From: Eledone cirrhosa
Lineage: Eukaryota
Assembly (NCBI GenBank): GCA_964016885.1
Contig: OZ024747.1
Span: forward strand, 71,114,001-71,178,000
Direction of reading: 5' to 3'
Length of the DNA stretch: 64,000 nucleotides
Part shown: piece after piece, positions 49,473 through 63,737 of the stretch
How positions within the stretch are numbered: the stretch's first letter is position 1
Layout of the letters: the number at the start of each line of letters is the position of its first letter
Notes under the pieces: generated by a model
The model's input: only the letters and a program-made list of their open reading frames with translations
Database searches by the model: none
What the model was told of the DNA's origin: nothing
Position numbers and translations under genes: made by a program

Positions 49473-49782
49473 TTGTGTATGTATATATATTTTATACACA
49501 GGTATGCTGTCCTTATATGAGTCCATAAATAAATAGTTATATTATTTCTTTAGCTTGGTTCTGACATCACAGTCTAGACCATGCTGGAGCTCTGCCCTGA
49601 CAATAAAATTTTCTGTCTCTTTTGTGTCATCTCAGCGTATATCCAGGGGCTCAAACATTCTGTTAGCTTTTTCTGTGTATGTGGCATCTTTAATTGGTGG
49701 CTCAAGAATACTGTTGTTTATATATAACATACCAGGCGCCTGCCATTTCCAGATGTTGATTTAGTATGCATACATACATATA

Positions 49783-50390
49783 TGGTGGCTGCCAACTCGT
49801 TTTCGAGTACGGCCACAACTTTATATCCATGTAGGAGAACCCCTACCGATGCGCTGAACGAGTGTGACTTTTTAGTCCAGCCGGCGACTTGAAAACTCTG
49901 GTACAAACACTACACTTGTGGCAATTATTGACACATAGTGCTGGACCCATGGTACCATGTGATGACAAGTGCAGAGAGATCTCCAGATATAAAGCAATTC
50001 CTGTGCCGTGAAGCTTTTATAGTGAGCAAAGGCACTGCACAAAGCCAGTCCCACTCTCTTAACCAAGATGATATTTACCAAAAAGAAGAACAAGTCAACA
50101 TCATTGGAAACCATCAGGGTTGCAGGGGTTATATCAGAGTTTTCCTTCTCCTAGAATTCTGCCTTGACAAAGGCTAAGGGGTCATCTCTCCCGGTGATTT
50201 TGGATGGCCATTGACTCTTAAGAGCTCCTTTGCCCTTTGACAGGTTTTGTTTTTAGTCCTGCAGGATGTCCAAAGTCACCCTCCTCACCAAGAAACCTTG
50301 GTGGGGTTGCCAGTTTAGTCGCCAACGACCCGACCATGGGACAGGTTGTACTGGAATACATGTTACCAGTAGCACCAAGTGGTGACCTGA
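49783..50390 (-). mobile_element. Longest copy (~610 bp) of the non-autonomous RTE-related retroposon inside (TACA)n
   Basis: Contains ctaggagaaggaaaactctg (resembles an RTE 5'-UTR motif, from memory); structured 5' end; 3' end shared with truncated copies. Confidence 0.7.
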
Positions 50391-50499
50391 CATACATATA
50401 TACATACATGCATACATACATACACACATACATACATTACAACCTTGCCACCAGGAAGGTGGCCGGTCAAAAATATATACTCGAAATTAAGAGAAAGAG

Positions 50500-51455
50500 A
50501 AAACATACATACATACATACATGCATACATACACACATACATACATTCATACATACATACACACACACATACATTCATACATACATACATACATGCATAC
50601 GTACACACATACATACATTCATACATACATGCATACATACACACATACATACATTCATACATACATGCATACATACATACACACATACATACATTCATAC
50701 ATACATACATACATGCATACATACATACACACATACATACATTCATACATACATTCATACATACATGCATACATACATACACACATACATACGTACACAC
50801 ATAAATACATGCATACATACATACACACATACATACATTCATACATACATACGTACATACATGCATACACACATACACACATACATACATTCATACATAC
50901 ATACATGCATACATACATACACACATACATACATTCATACATACATACATGCATACATACATACATTCATACATACATACATTCATACATACATGCATAC
51001 ATACATACACACACACATACATATATTCATTCATACATACATACATACATGCATACATACATACACACATACATTCATACATACATACATACATGCATAC
51101 ATACACACACACATACATACATTCATACATACATACATGCATACATATATACACTCATACATACATATATACATATACATATGCGTATGTACAAACATAC
51201 ATACATAAATACATGCACACGTACGTAGGTATTTATACATGCACTTGTGCACGTATGAACATACATATATACATATATGAACATACATATACATATATGT
51301 ATATATGTATGTTCATACGTGCACAAGTGCATAAATACATACGTACTTACATATACATATATTTATATGCATTCATGTGTTTGTGTGTATGTATGTTCTT
51401 CTGGTTTTGATTTTATAAATTTTTACCAATAGAGAGTCGTATGTATGCATATATG

Positions 51456-51529
<74 letters not shown>

Positions 51530-51534
51530 CGTGC

Positions 51535-51619
<85 letters not shown>

Positions 51620-51694
51620 TGTGTGTGTGCGTGCGTGCGCGCGCGCGTGTGTGTGTGTGTGTCTGTGTGTGTGTGTGTGTGTGCGCGTGCGTGC

Positions 51695-51739
<45 letters not shown>

Positions 51740-51775
51740 TGTGTGTGTGTGCGTGCGTGTGTGCGTGCGTGTTTC
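50500..51775. repeat. Degenerate (TACA)n then (TG)n microsatellite field
   Basis: Direct reading. Confidence 0.95.
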
Positions 51776-51934
51776 TGTGAGTCTGAATGATTGGCCGTGT
51801 GGTTCAGAAGCTTGTTTCGAAACAACGTTTTTTCCGGTTCAATCCTGGTTTGTGTCATCTTACTATAGCCTCGTGTCGTACAATGACAGAAGTGAAATTT
51901 GATAGAGAAGACCTGCAGAAGCTTGTCGTATATA

Positions 51935-51980
<46 letters not shown>

Positions 51981-52625
51981 TATATATATATTAAAATAAC
52001 AGATTAAAGTTTACGCAAAAAATCGCTGCTTTCACCCTCTTTGGATTTTAGTCTTCACATTTATTATTATTACTATATATATATATATGCAAAAAGAAAG
52101 CAACACAATACTATGAAGAAATAAATTCGTTTAATACTTGATATATCAGAAAAAGAGTCTTTACATTTCGAACACATCAGAGATACAAGATGAAATCGAA
52201 AGATAGGGATGGAGACGAGAAAGGAACGGAAAATCTTCGAGTAAAAACACGTCTTTAGTCTGTCAGCCATTTGGGAACAATGCAGGTCAGTGAGTATCTT
52301 AGGTATTAGAGAGTTTTTTAAAGGTTTGTAATCATTGTATATTTTGAGTGTGTGTGTGTGTTTGGATGTGTGACAATGTGTGTGGTGTGTATGTATAAAT
52401 GTATGCAGTATATGTACAGGGTGTCCCTCCAAAATGTAAACACAGTTCAACAGCATTCTAATAAATATTGCCTGTACAGGTAATCACAGTGTGTATATAT
52501 TTCTGGAGAACGAAAATTGGGCCTTAGGTACCATGAATAAATAATATAATACATCACCTCTCATAACTGATTGAGTACTAATTTCCTTTACCTTTTTCAC
52601 ACCGGCCGATATTTTACTACACAAA

Positions 52626-52682
<57 letters not shown>

Positions 52683-52879
52683 CCAGGCCACCCACCACAC
52701 ACGGATCAGCTAGAGCCTACCTTTTCTATTTAAAACTTTTAATATCTTGAACCGAATGTCCCAATCCTCAGAGGACATGTAGAAGACGAGTTACGAATAG
52801 AAGGTGTGGATGAGGACGGTTTGTTAAACCTCAAGTCTAAGTTACTTGTCCTGTAAAAAGATGTAGGGATGATGTCGAA

Positions 52880-53412
52880 TCAGAGCTAGCTGACGAACAG
52901 TATGATTTTTGCCTAAATATTCATCTGCATGAGAGTCGGCTAAATATTCATCTGCGGCAGGTTTTCGAGTTATTATAGGAGAATTGCCAAGAGATTGTTT
53001 GTTTCGAGGAGCTCGAAAAGGCACTCGCCGACGTTACAGTAGAGACTTGTTGGGGAAGATTTTAACGGACAGCTTCTTGTTAACTTGAACTCACTATACG
53101 TATACCCATGTATTTGTGTTCGGATAAATGGTGCTAAGTCGAAACCATTCAATCAGACACTGCCAATGATTTAGACCAATTCTTTTTGTGCAAATGCATT
53201 CGATGTTCAGTGAGTGGGGTTGGCCCTGTGCAAAGCCTTCCTTCATTTAAAAAAGCTTCAAACACAGACATCGCTTGATATATGACAGTTTTTTGCGATG
53301 CATGGTATTGTTGGCCATAGGCAAGTCCCTAGCAGGATTAAAAAGTAACGTCCGTGATGTTCATACTTAAGTATCAAGAGATGGCATTACTCGGAATCCA
53401 GTTGCAGCCATC
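52880..53412 (+). mobile_element. Heavily decayed RTE-like LINE fragment ending in (TATG)n
   Basis: ELEKALADV..CW (cf. DLEKAFDRV..LW), CVRINGAKSKPF; end gttgcagccatcatgta resembles the retroposon 3' end. Confidence 0.55.
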
Positions 53413-53425
53413 ATGTATATACGTG

Positions 53426-53461
<36 letters not shown>

Positions 53462-54603
53462 TGTATGTATGTATGTATGTATGTATGTATGTATGTATGT
53501 ATGTATGTATGTATGTATGTATGTATGTATGTACGTATGCATGAATGCATGTATGCGTGTATGTGTACAAGAATGATATAAAAAATACAGTAGAATTTAC
53601 ATCATTTTATTTCTCATGTTTCTGTGGTCATTTCCGCTCTTGGATTCTTCATAAAATTATACTGGCTTTGCATAATACCGATTATTATATAATAAAACAA
53701 ATATATTCACACATGCTCTCATTTAGAAGTGAAAATAGGAATCGCAGTTAGTCACTTGCGGGATATATATGGACGTTACACGATTCGATGTTAATGTATG
53801 ATTTAACCATGTCTATTACCAATTCGGCTAGCCCATATGAAGGGAACGAATGGGAAGGTGATTTATGCTCTGTCGAAACTCGTGAGATATCCTTGTCCGA
53901 TAAACCTCCTCTTTACCGGTGAAGGAAATTATCATATGTCGTTCTGCGTACATATCTTGGCTGGTCGTGATCCAACTAAGCAAAGTTTACCTCATATGCC
54001 AGATAGCAAATTTTCATAACCCTGAAAGATTTATTGAATTATATTGGCATAGTACTAAGGAGCGATTTCCTCAATAAATAGGGATAAAATACCACTCTCA
54101 TATGTTGTACTGTTTTACTAGAGCAACGTCTGAGAACTAACGTAAAAGTCCTAATCTCAGCACTAGAATTAATTCAATGAACTGGCATAATTATTAACTT
54201 TTCTTTTATTAGTTGTGTGTAGAAATAGTAGTCATATTAACCTCTTATAGTTAACTACAGTCTACCACCCTAATACCATAGTTCTCCATTAAAATTAGGC
54301 CTTTATTCTATTGTTTTCTTTTAAATGTCCTGAATTCTCTTGGACGCAAAAATTTTAATAATTTTCTTTGGCCCCGGAAGATTTATTGGCTCCTGATATG
54401 GAACCTGTCAGGCAATAAATCACTAGACATAATGACCACGACCTGTAGACTGTCCGAATAAAGAGATAAGATTCTTTGGATGGATGAAGGATAAAAAATA
54501 ATAACAAAAGAACTATGAAAATACCCAGACAAGATCGACAGGATTTAAAAGGCAGATGTCACATTACCTACAGAGTTTGCCAAAGACCGAATTGATGGTT
54601 TAC

Positions 54604-54832
54604 TACACACATATAGGCACATACACACATATAGGCACATACACACATATAGGCACATACACACATATAGGCACACATACACACATATAGGCACATACAC
54701 ACATATAGGCACATACACACATATAGGCACACATACACACATATAGGCACATACACACATATAGGCACACATACACACATATAGGCACATACACACATAT
54801 AGGCACATACACACATATAGGCATACACACAG
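54604..54832. repeat. 18-20 bp minisatellite acacacatataggcacat
   Basis: Direct reading. Confidence 0.95.
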
Positions 54833-55736
54833 ACATACACTAACCTTGATCTGGGTTATCAGATGTTTGACGTTAAATCATGTTTTCATTGACTTAATAA
54901 TATTTCTATTGTACAGTGTTTCTCAAATTTTGCTTCCTTGTGGCCCAATTTTGGTGTCAAGAAATTTCAGTCCCATATAAGCACAAATAGGGATTCCATG
55001 TAATAGGAAATTAATTTGAAAATATAATTTATTGTAAAAAGAAAACACCAAAAATGTTATTTATATAATTTCTGAATTATTTACCCCGCAATTAAAATTC
55101 TTCCAGCAGTGCTTTTTCTATCTTAGATAAAATTAGTTGAGTTACTATCGAATAATCGATTATATCTTTAGTTACATATCGTATAGGCTTAATAAGAAGA
55201 AGCCAAGAGGAAAAATGAAGAGGTTTAACGTGGAAACGTCACAATATTTGGTCTTTTTGCATAAATTCTAAATGCTCCTGGCTGCAACAAGTAGGGTGAC
55301 TATATTTAGTGGCTAAACGTGCTAGAAATAGCAGTCAAATCTTCTTCAAATCTGAGGAAAAAGGTAGCGTACATTGGATTAAGTGCTCTAATACATATGA
55401 TATCAGAAAAAATATGAGATGATCATGGCTAATATATCCTTCATCTTATGGCCCGTTCTATCAAGGATGCACTATATTAAACAGTAACATCTATATAAAT
55501 AACATCTATATTAAACAGTAACATCTATATAAATAACATCTATATTAAACAGTAACATCTATATAAACAATCAATATTTGCAGAGGTAAAACAATTCGTT
55601 TCCCTGATGTCAGTAGAGTAAAATGTAACACAATATCTTTTACTTTTCTCACTAAATGCGCTCACTATAAAACCGTTAGCAAACCCGCCAATACCCGAGA
55701 GATGTTTTCTCGGACTGTTTCAAGAAAAGTGTGACG

Positions 55737-56050
55737 AGGCGTAGCTTAGTGGCTAGTGTGTTCAGCCCACAATCATAATATTATGAATTCGATTTTCTTT
55801 GGCACGTTGTGTTGTTCAGAAGACAGTTTATTGCACGCTGCTTCGATTTCAGTCCACTCAGCTGGCTAAAATGAGTTGCACCTGTAATTCAAAGGTCAAG
55901 CATTTTTTATACACTCTGTTACCACGTATCTCCCTGAGAAATATATTAACGGTACATGTGTTTGGAGAATGCTCAGTCACTTGCATGTTAATTTCTCTAA
56001 CAGACTGTCTCGTTGATCAAATAAAATGGAATATTCCGCGTCAAAAGCGA
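55737..56050 (+). mobile_element. Diverged SINE family B
   Basis: ggcgtagcttagtgg A-box, gaattcgatt B-box remnant. Confidence 0.65.
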
Positions 56051-56925
56051 CGGAGATCCAACACAAAAGGAAAAAGAAAGTGAATTCTCAACTGTTTTTC
56101 CTTTGATTTTGTTCAGGCTGTAAAAATTAATTGATTTCTTAAACTTTTTAAATGCCCAATAACTCGAGGCATTTCCTGGTGTATTTATTGACTGAGAGAT
56201 GTAATGAAAACAGCGTGTGTGGTGTGTAAATTGTGGTTAGACAACGTAAAATAAGCGCTGGCATGATCTGTGATCAGTTGACGTTTGCAAGCTGTCAGTA
56301 ACAAATCTGTTTTCTTCCGGTTTAAAATGGACCGTTGCCTAGGAGAAAAGGTGCGTGTGTGTGAGTAGAGAGGGGTGAGTGTGTGTGTGTGTGTATATGA
56401 GTGTGTGTGAGTGTGTGTGTGAGTGTGTGTATGCGTGCGCGCGAGCGTGTGTGTGTGCGTGTGTGTATGTGTGTGTGTGAGATATTAAACACACGTAAAA
56501 ACAAACTCACGTATTCATACACATTAAAATGTATATATGTGTATGTATGCATTAGCATGCATGTATGTGTTTATGTATTTGTGTATATGTTTGCGTGCAG
56601 ACATATTTGTATGCTTACGTTTTGTGAATGAGTATTTGGCAACGACTGTGAATATCTATATTCTATTTATTTCTATTATAAACATACGTAGACACATAAA
56701 AACTCACCTATTCATTCAAATATACCAGCATTTGAGTATGTAAAAATGTGTGTAATTTTAAGTATGCATATACAAGTTGATATAAATAAATGTGTTTATG
56801 AATGTTTGAATAAAGATATATGTGTATACTCACGTTTGAGTATTTTATATGCGCCTATATATATGTATGCGTTTTATATTTTCATTATATACATATATAT
56901 ATATGTGTGTATGTGTGTATGTGTA

Positions 56926-57205
56926 GAGGCACGTGACTTAGTGGTAAGGGTTGCGGACTTAAGGTCATAATGTCGTGGATTCGATTCCTGGGGTGCGTCT
57001 GTGTTCTTGAGCAAAACATTTCATTTCACGTTGCTCCAGTATACTCAGCTGAAAATGAGTACCAGCAATAGCTGTGGGTTTAACCCTGCGATGGACTGGC
57101 GTCCTGTCCAGGGGGATTCTTGTACTCTCAGTTTCTTCACGCCATGAAACAAGGATAAGCACCGGCCAAATGAGCCTTGTGGCTTAAGATAGACTTTAGA
57201 CTTTT
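56926..57205 (+). mobile_element. tRNA-derived SINE (family B head, different body), near full length
   Basis: A/B boxes; gtgttcttgagcaaaac; aaccctgcgatggactggcgtcctgtccagggg; tail agacttt repeats. Confidence 0.8.
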
Positions 57206-57224
57206 TTAGACATATATATAATGT

Positions 57225-58030
57225 ACTAGCAGTAAAGCCCGGCGTTGCTCGGGGTCGCTCAGTAGCTGTGTTAAAGTTACAATGTTAAGTTTCTTTTTTG
57301 GCTTAAAAACTGTAGTGTCTACTGTGCAGACTTACATGTGGTGTTTTTTATTAATATTCCCTCAACCAACAATATGCCTTATGAAGTTAAGAAAACATAA
57401 CGATAACCCGAATGTTATAACACAAGAGGATGCTGGGGATAAAAACTGCACTGGTTATTTATTAACAAAGATCGAAAATGTAAACACTGCAACGCAGAGA
57501 AAAACATTAGCGTAACCAAATTATCAGTTATGTCTGTCTGCACGCCTATATCACCTCTCTGCACGACTGTCTGTCTGCACGCCTGAAATATTTGCTTGTT
57601 TTACGTAGTCTTTAAATAGACTTGTTTTCAAGTAAAAATATTGTTTTAAAATGCTTTTAAATGGAAATGAAGCAAAATGGAAGCTTAGTGTTCGAACTGA
57701 TGAATTTTGCAGGTCAATATTTTGCTGTTCGTGTATTGTGTTAATGTCATTTTAAACGCTGAGAAAGCCAGCGTAATTTTTTACGTAAGACGCTCAATGT
57801 AAACAGAACAAAGGGAAATAACTGATAACTTACGCTCAAAAATCGATACATTATATTCGATTTCGTCACATAGGGTGGGTCAATTTGAAATATTTTTTTT
57901 TCCGATGTCTTCGCTAGGGCTCAATGTACAAGTATAGCAATTTCGGTGCAATTCCGTGAGAGATTCTAAGAGGAGATGTGTGCCAAAAATCGATAGACAG
58001 ACAGACAACCACAGTTTTATATATATAGAT
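57225..58030 (+). mobile_element. Non-autonomous Helitron/Helentron-like element
   Basis: 5' ACTAGCAGTAAAGCCCGGCGTTGCTCGGG hairpin; subterminal (GACA)n; 3' TATATAGAT. Confidence 0.65.
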
Positions 58031-58349
58031 ATGTGTGTGTGTGTGTATGTGTGTGTGCATGTGTGGTTTTCCAAGAGAAAATTTGAATGTGATATATGTA
58101 CAGATAAGTACATAGACATACACTTAATTATTCAAATACAAGCAGTATATATATTTATCTAGAGGATACATGTAAGAAATATATTCTGTATATTTTCCAA
58201 AAATTGTGTGAAACAATTACAGATTCATACTCGCACTCGCTTATTCATTGAAATACACCAACTGTTGTGTACATACGTATGAACGTATGTTTGTGTGATG
58301 TATATATTTATGTATTTATATATGTATGTAGGTAGGTATTTATATATGT

Positions 58350-58957
58350 AATAGCAGAATTACCCGCGCCTTGCTTCGTTTCACACATTTTTTTTTGTAA
58401 GAAAATGATGATTGATTTTAAATCAGTGATATAATTTATGGAGAAAAACTCTGTATTTCAATATTACTCAATGTAAAATGTAATGCATGAAAAATTGGAA
58501 AACATTTTTTGTAATATATTAAATCAAAATTACATTATTAAATCTTATTCTTATTTTGTTTCTTGTAAATCATTTTTTTTAAAATATCAATTCAAAACTT
58601 TTGTTTATAGGCGGGGGTTTGTGCCCTCGGGGAACACTAATAGGGGGTTTAACCCACATTAGGATGTCTTAATATTATTGAAATTTGCTGAAATTATGTG
58701 AATAGGCATCATATCTTGTCCTTTACCTATGGTTTAAATTTCATATAAATCGAAGGGAAAACAATTTTAGCAGAGGTTTTCAGCGGGGTTTGTGTCCCCG
58801 GGGAAACCTTTGATTAAAATGAAATATACTTATCCAAGTACTCTGGGCAATGTAGCTTCAGAATATATATGGTTATGGGGGTTTATCTCCAAAACCATAG
58901 GAGTAGTTCGTGAACAAACAAACAAACAAACAGGAATACAACTTTATATATATAGAT
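58350..58957 (+). mobile_element. Second Helitron/Helentron-like element
   Basis: 5' AATAGCAGAATTACCCGCG; subterminal (AACA)n; 3' TATATAGAT. Confidence 0.55.
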
Positions 58958-59032
58958 GTATGTAGATAGAGTCGTAGGTGAGCCCGGCTCACCTTTCTTC
59001 AGTGTCTTTTTAAGCCTGGTAGAACCAATCCC

Positions 59033-59118
59033 TCTTCAGGATATTTCTTCCAGATATTTCTTCCAGATATTTCTTCCAGATATTTCTTCAGGATATTTCT
59101 TCCAGATAATTCTTCCAG
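59033..59118. repeat. 13-bp tandem repeat gatatttcttcca, ~6 copies
   Basis: Direct reading. Confidence 0.9.
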
Positions 59119-59164
59119 AGAAAGATAGAAAGTAAGAGAGAGGAAATGAGAAAGACATATAGAG

Positions 59165-59325
59165 GAAGAATTGACCCCAGTACTAGACTGGTACTTTTTT
59201 TATCAACGTCAAAAGGATGAAAGGTACAGTTGACCTCGATGGGATTTGAACTCCACGAGCAGAGAGTCGGAACGAATACTGCAAAGCATTCCATCCGATA
59301 TCTAACGATTCTGCCAATTCGCTGC
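59165..59325 (-). mobile_element. Diverged SINE family A
   Basis: gggatttgaactc B-box complement; ctgccaattcgc head. Confidence 0.75.
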
Positions 59326-59336
59326 CTATGTATGTA

Positions 59337-59564
<228 letters not shown>

Positions 59565-59565
59565 C

Positions 59566-59669
<104 letters not shown>

Positions 59670-59769
59670 GACCGACAGATTTTACTAGCAACTGGAAAGA
59701 CCGATGAAAACATTGTTTCCTCGATCCGATTTGACGAAAGTCGATCGATATATGTGTGTGTGTGTGCGC

Positions 59770-59896
<127 letters not shown>

Positions 59897-61020
59897 CGCG
59901 CATGTGTGTGTGATTGTGTGTGTATGTGTGTGTGTGTTGTATCTGTGTGCGCGTGTGTGTCCTCGTGTATAAGTGTATGCAAGCAAATATTTATATTCCT
60001 GAAGATATTTATATATATATATATACCCGAATTACTTGATCGTTTTTTTTTTTGGCTATGTGAATGATTGTTTAACCATCGTCTCAGTGTGTTTGTCTTT
60101 TAACGTTTGTTATAGCTCTGGTTCATCTGAATCATTGAGCACTTGCCACACATTTCGGAGGTTGTTTTTCGTTATTTCGTGCGCCGAAATGCGAATCTCG
60201 ATAATTTATGTTTATATATATATATATATATATATTCACGTATAACTCTGTTTGTTTGGTTTCGTCTACATATGTGGTTTGTGTGCATGTGTGTGCACAT
60301 GTGTATGCGAATGTGTGTTTGTGTGTTTGTGTACCTGTGTGTGTGTGTATGTGTGTTCATGTCTGTGTGACCGTGTATGAGTCCATGTGGAAGTCTCAGT
60401 ATTTCTATATAGTAAACTCAGGAGAAGTTTAGAAGTTTAGATTCTGTTTTCAAAGGTGTGCATATGCAGAAGGAGGTAGAGATGGAAAGAGAGTTGAAAA
60501 GTGGGTGAGGAAGAGGGGGAGACCGAGTAGATATAGTGAAACAGTGTATGATGTGAGGGTTTATTGATATATATTTATGTTCGCTGACATTTGTCTTATT
60601 GGTGTATTCATCCATGTCTCTCTGTGTATTTGTATTTGTATATATGGTTCGTATGTGTTTGTATGAATGGGCGGGTGATTATGTATGTTTGTTTGTAAGT
60701 GTATAAATACGTATATAAAATTTCAATAAATACTCGACAGCATATTGACCCACCTCATTCCACCTCCACCGCCAACCCAAATGCCTAAATATTTTCATTG
60801 CAATTAAACATCAATCCATAGGGATAGTGCAATAATTAATAGCTACAATGTTAATCAGTAATTAATTAAGAATTGTTAACCATCGTGATCGAGGTTTGAC
60901 TTAATGTATATATATGCATGCATTATATATATATATAATATATAAATATTTGTATATATATATATATTATATATTTGTATATATATATATTTATATATAT
61001 ATATATATTATATAAATATT

Positions 61021-61073
<53 letters not shown>

Positions 61074-61130
61074 ACAAATATTTATATAATATATATATAT
61101 ATATAAATATTTCTATATATATATATACAA

Positions 61131-61164
<34 letters not shown>

Positions 61165-61172
61165 CAAATATT

Positions 61173-61218
<46 letters not shown>

Positions 61219-61502
61219 CATGCAACTTTAAGTTGTTTAGTTGTGTTAAGATGAAGCATAATATTTCTCTTAAAATCAGATATTTATTCTATTGTTGCGC
61301 CTCTATACTTTTATTATGCATGTCTGTATGTGTGAATGTATGTGTGAATGTATGTGTGAATGTATGTGTGCATGTATGTGTGCATGTATGTATGTGTGCA
61401 TGTATGTATGTGTGCATGTATGTATGTGTGCATGTATGTATGAATATACCTGTAAATATTGTCACCAGAAAGTAGATAATTTTAATAATCGTTCATCACA
61501 AT

Positions 61503-61836
61503 AAATAATTGTTTCTACTTTAGGCACAAGGCCACCAATTACCCAGTGTATTACTGGTACTTTATTCTGTCGACCCCGTAAGGATGAAAGGCAAAGTTAA
61601 CCTCGTTCATTACAATAAATAATGGTTTCTACTATAGGCACAAGGCCAGCAATTTGGGGATAGAGAAAAGTCGATTAAATCGCCCTCAGTGCATTACTGG
61701 TGCTTTATTTTATCGACCCCCTAAGGATGATAAGCAATCTAACCTCGGCGAGATTTGAACTCAGAATGTAAAGGGACGTAACTCTATGTCGCAAAACATT
61801 GTGTCCGACGCTCTATCGATTCTGCCAATCCACAGC
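61503..61836 (-). mobile_element. Two family-A SINEs (truncated 61503-61605; full ~61615-61836)
   Basis: Head, body and tail motifs. Confidence 0.85.
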
Positions 61837-62131
61837 TATTCATCACTATAAATAATAGTTGAATATATCGGGTTAAGTACACCCGTGACGACTATATTTT
61901 CATATTTCCAAATGTATCAACCGTATGCATATATGTGTGCGTGATTGTGTGTAAAAGTAGTTAAGTTAGTTAAATTCTGTGCTAAGACGAAGGCTCATCA
62001 GACTGGTATGCTGTTAACGGCACCAAACTAAAGTGATGTTTCGTCTGCGTTGTGGATATTCTCAGAAGAAAACTCGACAATACATATTTTACTAACACAC
62101 ACAGTCGCTTCACGCTATGGAAACAAATAAG

Positions 62132-62175
62132 TACTGGCCTGATGAGCCTTGGGGCTCGAAAGAGACTTTAACTAA
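62132..62175 (+). ncRNA. Minimal hammerhead-like motif; inverted partial copy at ~61990-62008
   Basis: CTGATGA-gccttggggctc-GAAA-gagactt-TA; helix I imperfect. Confidence 0.55.
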
Positions 62176-62400
62176 CCTTGATTTTCCTTGATGCTTTTCA
62201 TTTGATTTCTTGTTAATGTTTTAGTCGTTGTTATTCGAGGCTTGTAGACTCTCCGCGTCAATAAGTTGTGTTTGGTGTTCAACAGCTGGCATTTTCCGCA
62301 TGTTTCAAATATCAACATATATGATAGAGACAAGCCATGCATGAAACAATTCTTTGGCGGTGTTCGTTGGCTCCTGTCTATTATATCTTTCATCGTTTTC
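62172..62400 (-). pseudogene. Possible decayed C-terminus of a Penelope-like element ORF (GIY-YIG tail)
   Basis: DIIDRS..KNCFMHGLSLSYMLIF..LLNTKHNL resembles the IIDRA..C.LCL.EK..I..LLNKRSEL pattern; adjacent hammerheads. Confidence 0.4.
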
Positions 62401-62857
62401 TGTATATAGTATATAGTATATAGTATGTAGTATATAGTACCAGTAAAATACTGAGACCGATATGATCAACTATATCGCACCACTTTCTGCTATTGTATGA
62501 TCTCGTGTTAATGACAGAAAATGCTATTACTATTGTTACAGATATAACGAAGGCGATAACGACGTCATATGACCTTTACAAGATATATGTCACATCATTG
62601 TACTTTCCAGAATGGCGTTTACTGACAGATAACGGAACGTCATCTATCTTAAACTAAATTCTGTTGAGATGAACGATAAGTCAATTCAAATCAAAATCAA
62701 AGCAACTTTCTTGTTATTGCAATCCATCAGATTCATAAATTTCAATGATAATCCACGTTTATAAGCAAATACGTAATCTGAATTCATTCTTGGCTTATCT
62801 GACATCAATATGGCTGAAATATAACAAATATGTTACATAACAAATACGCTATAACTG

Positions 62858-62889
<32 letters not shown>

Positions 62890-63039
62890 CACACACATAT
62901 GTATATACATATATACATAGATACATATATATACATATATATGCACACACACACACACACACACATATATATTTAAATGTATATAAATACATACATATAT
63001 ATATACATTTACAAGTATATAGTTTTTTTTTTAAGGTTT

Positions 63040-63480
63040 CACCATAAAAAATTGCTTCTCGTTTTGCCTTGTTTCCGTCCTTTGTCTTGTCCTCTCTTAA
63101 TTAATTTTCTTAAGTTTATCAATACTAATTTGACGTTCGTGTTATCTCTTCTACTATTTATTTCAATGGCTTACGTTTTTAACGTTCTTGCTTTTTTCTT
63201 CCTTTCTTTTTTTTACCTTTTTCCCTTTGTTTTTTTTTTTTCATGACCCTCGTGTTATAAGAGGCACCACACTTTTCCCCTGGCATCATTTGTTTAGCTT
63301 AATTTCCTATAAATTAATGTTTTGTCTCATATTTCTTACACCACTGGATAGCGTTTGGCTTGTGGCAGACGCTGTGACCCGATTGGACCAGAAGTACCGT
63401 TGGTAGGGGTCGAAACTGCCAAAGTCCATCTCAGCGGACGATGAACATGGAGTTCTGTGTCCTTCGTTTCTATTTTTATT
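63040..63480 (+). mobile_element. Repeat with variant hammerhead-like core at 63367-63431
   Basis: agacg-CTGTGA-ccc..ggggtc-GAAA-c..GTC-catct; homologous to 46550-46760. Confidence 0.55.
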
Positions 63481-63737
63481 TTTAAATGTCTTTACTTTAA
63501 ATTCTTCATAAATACTTTGGTAGTGTTAAGGGAATCTATGTAAATGCGAAACCAATTTTATCATAGGATCAATAATACAAACAGGCGTGTGCTATACATA
63601 TATTTCAGAATGATTAATAAAAACTAATGAGATAATTATTTACATACAAATCATGACCAATGTTTATAGTACAATTTTCATTTTTTTATTTTTTTTTATT
63701 TGAATAATTCCTTGTAGCAGTTGTATTCCTTCATTAC

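Noticed and set aside
58973-59003. CTGAAGA plus perfect hairpin on minus
   Set aside because: GAAA and helix III are absent.
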